DNA from: an uncultured Armatimonadetes bacterium
GTDB taxonomy: Bacteria; Armatimonadota; UBA5829; DTJY01
Reading direction: 5' to 3'
Length of the DNA stretch: 64,000 nucleotides
Assembly (NCBI GenBank): GCA_963717145.1
Contig: OY970325.1
Coordinates: forward strand, 4,000,001 to 4,064,000
Shown here piece by piece: positions 60,622 to 64,000 of the stretch. The translations under genes and the position numbers were made by a program. How positions within the stretch are numbered: position 1 is the first letter of the stretch; every line of letters begins with the position of its first letter. The notes under the pieces are model-generated. The model was not told the origin of the DNA, did not search any database, and worked only from the letters and a program-made list of their open reading frames with translations.

Positions 60622-62260
60622 TCTTCGATGCGGGGAAGAAGAGGCTGACGATGTAGGCCGAGATCAAGCTCGCGGCGAGTGCGATCGGCAGGATGAATGT
60701 GAACGACATGTACGCCGGCTCGTGGTTCGCCTGATGCAGGATCGCGGTGTGATACCAGGTGGTGATCTCCTGGTAGTAGGAGATGTAGGCCGCGACCACA
60801 AATCCCACGACGATCGAGACCCACGCGCCCTGCCTGTTGCAGCGCTTGATGAAGAACGCCATGATGAAGAGCGCCGCAAGGGGAGCGATGAAGAAATTAT
60901 TGATCTTCTGAGCCACCTCCATGAAGTTGCCCTGGATAAACCTTTGGATGAAGCTGATCCCGATCGCAACCGCCCCGATCACGATTCCCATCTGCTTGGC
61001 GCGCTTGACCTGCCCGTCCTGATCGAGGCCGCGCGCGAAGATGTGCTCGAAGTCGACCATGAGCACGGTGCTGATCGAGCTGATGCCTGAGGATATGCTC
61101 GACATCGCGGCGGCGAACAGGGCTGCGAGAAGCAGTCCCGAGACTCCCGGCGGCAGTATGTGCGCGATGAACCAGGGGAAGACCTTATCGGCGGCATGGG
61201 TCAACGTGTAGAACTGCTTCGCCTGCGAGCCGAGAGCCGTCCACTGCTGAAGGTCCTCCGGTTTGACATCGGGTTTCAGGACGTTGAGTGCCGGGAGGAC
61301 GTTCAGGTGCGCCATGAAGAATCCGAGGAGGGCCATCCCGCATCCCGCCAGGACCGCGCCGAGGAAGACATTGGCGAATGCGTTCGTGAGGAAGCTCTTC
61401 CGCGCGATGGCGGCGTTCTTCGTGCTGAGGTAGCGCTGGATCGCCATCTGGTCCGAGCTGGCGGTAGCGAGCCACCAAGTGACGTAGTAGACGATGATGC
61501 CGATGATCGTGATCCGCTGGGACTGATCGACGACCGCGCGGGTGATCGAGGTCGGGTAGATCGGGACCTTCGGCCAGTGGAGGAATGCCTTGACCTCCGG
61601 GCTGCTGAGATCGGGCCACCAGCCGGTGAAGCTGTGGGCCTTGAGCATCGCATAGACCACGACGACCACCGCGCCGAGGATCAGGATCACCGCCTGCGAG
61701 GTGTCGGTCCAGATCACCGCCCGGATTCCGCCGGCCGAGGTGTAGGCGGTCGTGACGATTCCGACGGCGACCAGGATGTACTCGATCCGCCAGCCGGTCA
61801 TTGCGGCGAGGGCGAAACTGCACGTGTAGATCACGAGTCCTGCCCACGCGAGCCTGATGAGCACGAACAGAACGGCGGCGGCCCGGCGGATCCCCATGCC
61901 GAATTGCGCTTCCAGCAGTTGGTAGCCGGAGACGATGTGATGCGACATTATTCGCGGGATGATGATGAATCCAATCGGGACAAAGGCGATGAAGACGGCG
62001 GCCTGAGCCCAGAGAATGCCGAAGCCGTTCTTGATGATCTCGCCGGGCGTGACCAGATAGGTGATCGTGCTGACGAGGGTCGCCATGGTCGATAGCCCGA
62101 CGAGCAGCCAGTGCATCCCGCGCCCGCCGAGGTAGTACTCCTCGGTGCTGGTCTGCTTCCGGCTGCACACCCATCCGATCGCGAGCATCCCGACTGCGTA
62201 TACCAGGACCACGAGGTAGTCCCAGATCGTCAGTCCGCCGATTATGACTTCAGATGACAC
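60596..62260 (-). CDS. Sodium:solute symporter (SSS) family transporter
   Basis: EEYYLGGR, YTSAGGIRAVIWTD, DQMAIQRYLS, AAAMSS; GTG start after AGGAGG. Confidence 0.92.
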   Translation of the reverse strand: MSSEVIIGGLTIWDYLVVLVYAVGMLAIGWVCSRKQTSTEEYYLGGRGMHWLLVGLSTMATLVSTITYLVTPGEIIKNGFGILWAQAAVFIAFVPIGFIIIPRIMSHHIVSGYQLLEAQFGMGIRRAAAVLFVLIRLAWAGLVIYTCSFALAAMTGWRIEYILVAVGIVTTAYTSAGGIRAVIWTDTSQAVILILGAVVVVVYAMLKAHSFTGWWPDLSSPEVKAFLHWPKVPIYPTSITRAVVDQSQRITIIGIIVYYVTWWLATASSDQMAIQRYLSTKNAAIARKSFLTNAFANVFLGAVLAGCGMALLGFFMAHLNVLPALNVLKPDVKPEDLQQWTALGSQAKQFYTLTHAADKVFPWFIAHILPPGVSGLLLAALFAAAMSSISSGISSISTVLMVDFEHIFARGLDQDGQVKRAKQMGIVIGAVAIGISFIQRFIQGNFMEVAQKINNFFIAPLAALFIMAFFIKRCNRQGAWVSIVVGFVVAAYISYYQEITTWYHTAILHQANHEPAYMSFTFILPIALAASLISAYIVSLFFPASKTNLTSEEA

Positions 62261-62292
62261 GCGTACCTCCTGGGGAGACATTAGACGTCTAA

Positions 62293-62450
62293 TGTTCGGG
62301 ATGGAGTTGTACTCCATCCCGCAACACCGACCGGGGAGTTCAACTCCCCCAACGTTCGTGCCGGAGTTGTACTCCGGCACGCAACACCGACACGGGGAGT
62401 TCAACTCCCCTACCAGTCTTGCGGGACGGAGTACAACTCCGTCCCGAACA
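62293..62450. repeat. Cluster of five GGAGTT(G/C)(T/A)ACTCC-core REP-like hairpins
   Basis: GGGATGGAGTTGTACTCCATCCC, GGGGAGTTCAACTCCCC, GTGCCGGAGTTGTACTCCGGCAC, GGGGAGTTCAACTCCCC, GGGACGGAGTACAACTCCGTCCC. Confidence 0.85.
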
Positions 62451-62464
62451 TCGGCGGGCGTTCA

Positions 62465-63370
62465 CTACACGCGGATCTCCACCCAGCCGCCGCCTTGCGC
62501 CTTCGATGCCTGCGCCCCCACGATGACGGAGATCATCTCCAGCGTCTCCTCCGGCGGGAACGGTTGGATGCCGGTCTGGACGAAGCCGACGAAATCCGCA
62601 AGTTGGGCCTTGAACATGCTGAATGTATCGAAGCTGTCTACCCGGACCCACTTGTCCTTACCATAGAAGTTGAACGCGATCGGGCCGGATACCCCGCACA
62701 TGACTTCGATCAGAGCGGTCCGGCCGTCGTTCCAGGCCAGTTGCACCTGTACCTGGTTGCCCGTACCGACATCTCTGACCGACTTGAAGCCCGCCCCCAT
62801 CACGGTGCGGATTCCTTCCAGCACGTGGATGCCGTAGGTCCGCCAGTACTTCGGCGAGAACGCGCTCGCATAGCTGTACTTCTCCTCCGCAAGCGCCAAG
62901 AGTTCCATGCTGTACCGGAAGCACGAGGTGGAGACGATCGGCTGACCGGCGGCATACCGCTTCCGGAAGGCCTCGAGGTCGCGAGCGTTGTCGGTCAGCG
63001 GCTTATCGATGAAGACCGGGATGCCCTTGTCGAGGAACGGCGCGGCCATGGCGAGGTGGTTCTCCCCGTCGTCCCGGGCGAGCAGGAGGGCGTCGATCTC
63101 GCCGATCATGTCCTGCAGCCTTGGAACGATCTTCTCGATCCGCGAGCTTTGGGCAACCTGCTGAGATATCTTCGGGTCCTGGGTCCAGATGTGCGTGACC
63201 CGGGCATCGTCGATCCCGAAGTCGCTCTCCGGGCGCGCACCCAGGTACTGTGGGATGACCGGGAACGGACAGGAGTCCATCGCCCTCAGGTCATAGCCGT
63301 TGATGATCGCCGCCCACGAGTAAGGGTGGCCGTTTCCTTCGCTTAGTCCGACTATTCCAAGTTTGAGCAT
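62465..63370 (-). CDS. Gfo/Idh/MocA family oxidoreductase
   Basis: KLGIVG N-terminus, PVFIDKPL, YGIHVLE. Confidence 0.8.
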   Translation of the reverse strand: MLKLGIVGLSEGNGHPYSWAAIINGYDLRAMDSCPFPVIPQYLGARPESDFGIDDARVTHIWTQDPKISQQVAQSSRIEKIVPRLQDMIGEIDALLLARDDGENHLAMAAPFLDKGIPVFIDKPLTDNARDLEAFRKRYAAGQPIVSTSCFRYSMELLALAEEKYSYASAFSPKYWRTYGIHVLEGIRTVMGAGFKSVRDVGTGNQVQVQLAWNDGRTALIEVMCGVSGPIAFNFYGKDKWVRVDSFDTFSMFKAQLADFVGFVQTGIQPFPPEETLEMISVIVGAQASKAQGGGWVEIRV

Positions 63371-63452
63371 GGGTTACCTCTGGGAGACTTTAGACGTTAG
63401 ACTCTAGACCTCAGCGGAGAAGCAGAGTGTCTGAAGTCCAAAGTCTAAGGTC

Positions 63453-64000
63453 TCAGAATATCGTCCAGCCGCCGTCGACGATCAGGTTCTGCCCCGTGAC
63501 GTAAGCCGAGGCGTCGGACGCAAGGAAGACGAGTGTGCCCTTGACGTCGTCCTCGCCCGCCATGCGACCCATCGGACAGCGGCCTTCGTAGAACGTGCGC
63601 GTCTTCTCCGGAGTGGTCGATTCGCTGAGCCCGCCGGGACTGAGCGCATTGACCCGCACGCCGAACCGGGCGAACCGCATCGCCATTGCGCGCGTGAAGT
63701 TGATCACCCCACTGCGGTGGAACATGTAGTCCGGCGGGAAGTCGTCGCCCTCTCGACCGTATGCCCTCAAATCAGGGCTGACGACGCCATAGATCGAGCT
63801 GAGATTGATGATCGAGCCGGAGCGCTGCTTCTCCATGATCTCGCCGAAGACGCGGGTCGGCGCGAAGATGCCGGTCGAGTTGATGTCGATCGACTCCCGC
63901 CAGTGCGCCAGGTCGTCGTCGTAGCTCTTCATCGGCCGGATGACGGCATTGTTGACGAGCACGTCGAGGCGGCCGTCGTCGGCGAGGACTCGCTTCCGGA
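63453..64000 (-). CDS. SDR family oxidoreductase (5' partial)
   Basis: GRLDVLVNNA, GSIINLSS, VRVNALSPGG, YVTGQNLIVDGG. Confidence 0.9.
   Translation of the reverse strand, partial: RKRVLADDGRLDVLVNNAVIRPMKSYDDDLAHWRESIDINSTGIFAPTRVFGEIMEKQRSGSIINLSSIYGVVSPDLRAYGREGDDFPPDYMFHRSGVINFTRAMAMRFARFGVRVNALSPGGLSESTTPEKTRTFYEGRCPMGRMAGEDDVKGTLVFLASDASAYVTGQNLIVDGGWTIF

Noticed and set aside
62293-62450. Possible CRISPR mini-array
   Set aside because: Units vary in sequence and orientation, linkers are short and partly repeated, no cas genes are present, and the same core occurs as dispersed REP-like doublets.
1-64000. tRNA, rRNA, prophage or integron
   Set aside because: No cloverleaf, rRNA-like tract, phage structural gene or integrase was recognised by eye; a tRNAscan/Infernal run would be needed to exclude small RNAs fully.

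Overview
A 64 kb, GC-rich bacterial chromosome segment. PEP-CTERM proteins, H-X9-DG pseudopilin-like proteins, many glycan-degradation genes and URO-D-fold paralogues suggest an Armatimonadota/PVC-like organism (inference only). Core genes: icd (partial), csp, a dnaK-cbpA-hspR heat-shock operon with a HAIR operator overlapping its promoter, and crcB with a fluoride riboswitch. Catabolic genes: two GH2, GH127, a sulfatase, a heparinase II/III-like lyase, DUF4838, an SSS transporter and oxidoreductases. Mobile/selfish DNA: one IS1182-family element, one HigBA-type toxin-antitoxin pair and many REP-like palindromes. The most notable signals are: (1) a tandem array of six FGE/CLec-fold PEP-CTERM surface-protein genes plus a mini-cassette, whose variable loop carries the NNC codon signature of diversity-generating retroelement (DGR) targets and whose bodies are mosaic, with no RT or template repeat in the window; (2) REP-like palindromes inserted in frame inside glycosidase genes; (3) a cheC-like pseudo-phosphatase/GT4/TPR/GT4 module with sigma28-like promoters, in which all four proteins end in Ala-Ala; (4) three paralogous unknown secreted proteins sharing a conserved ~220-nt upstream region, one copy split by the IS. 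About eleven short frameshifts in otherwise intact genes look like long-read assembly errors rather than pseudogenes. No rRNA, tRNA or CRISPR array was seen. All family calls come from reading motifs by eye; no database searches were run.
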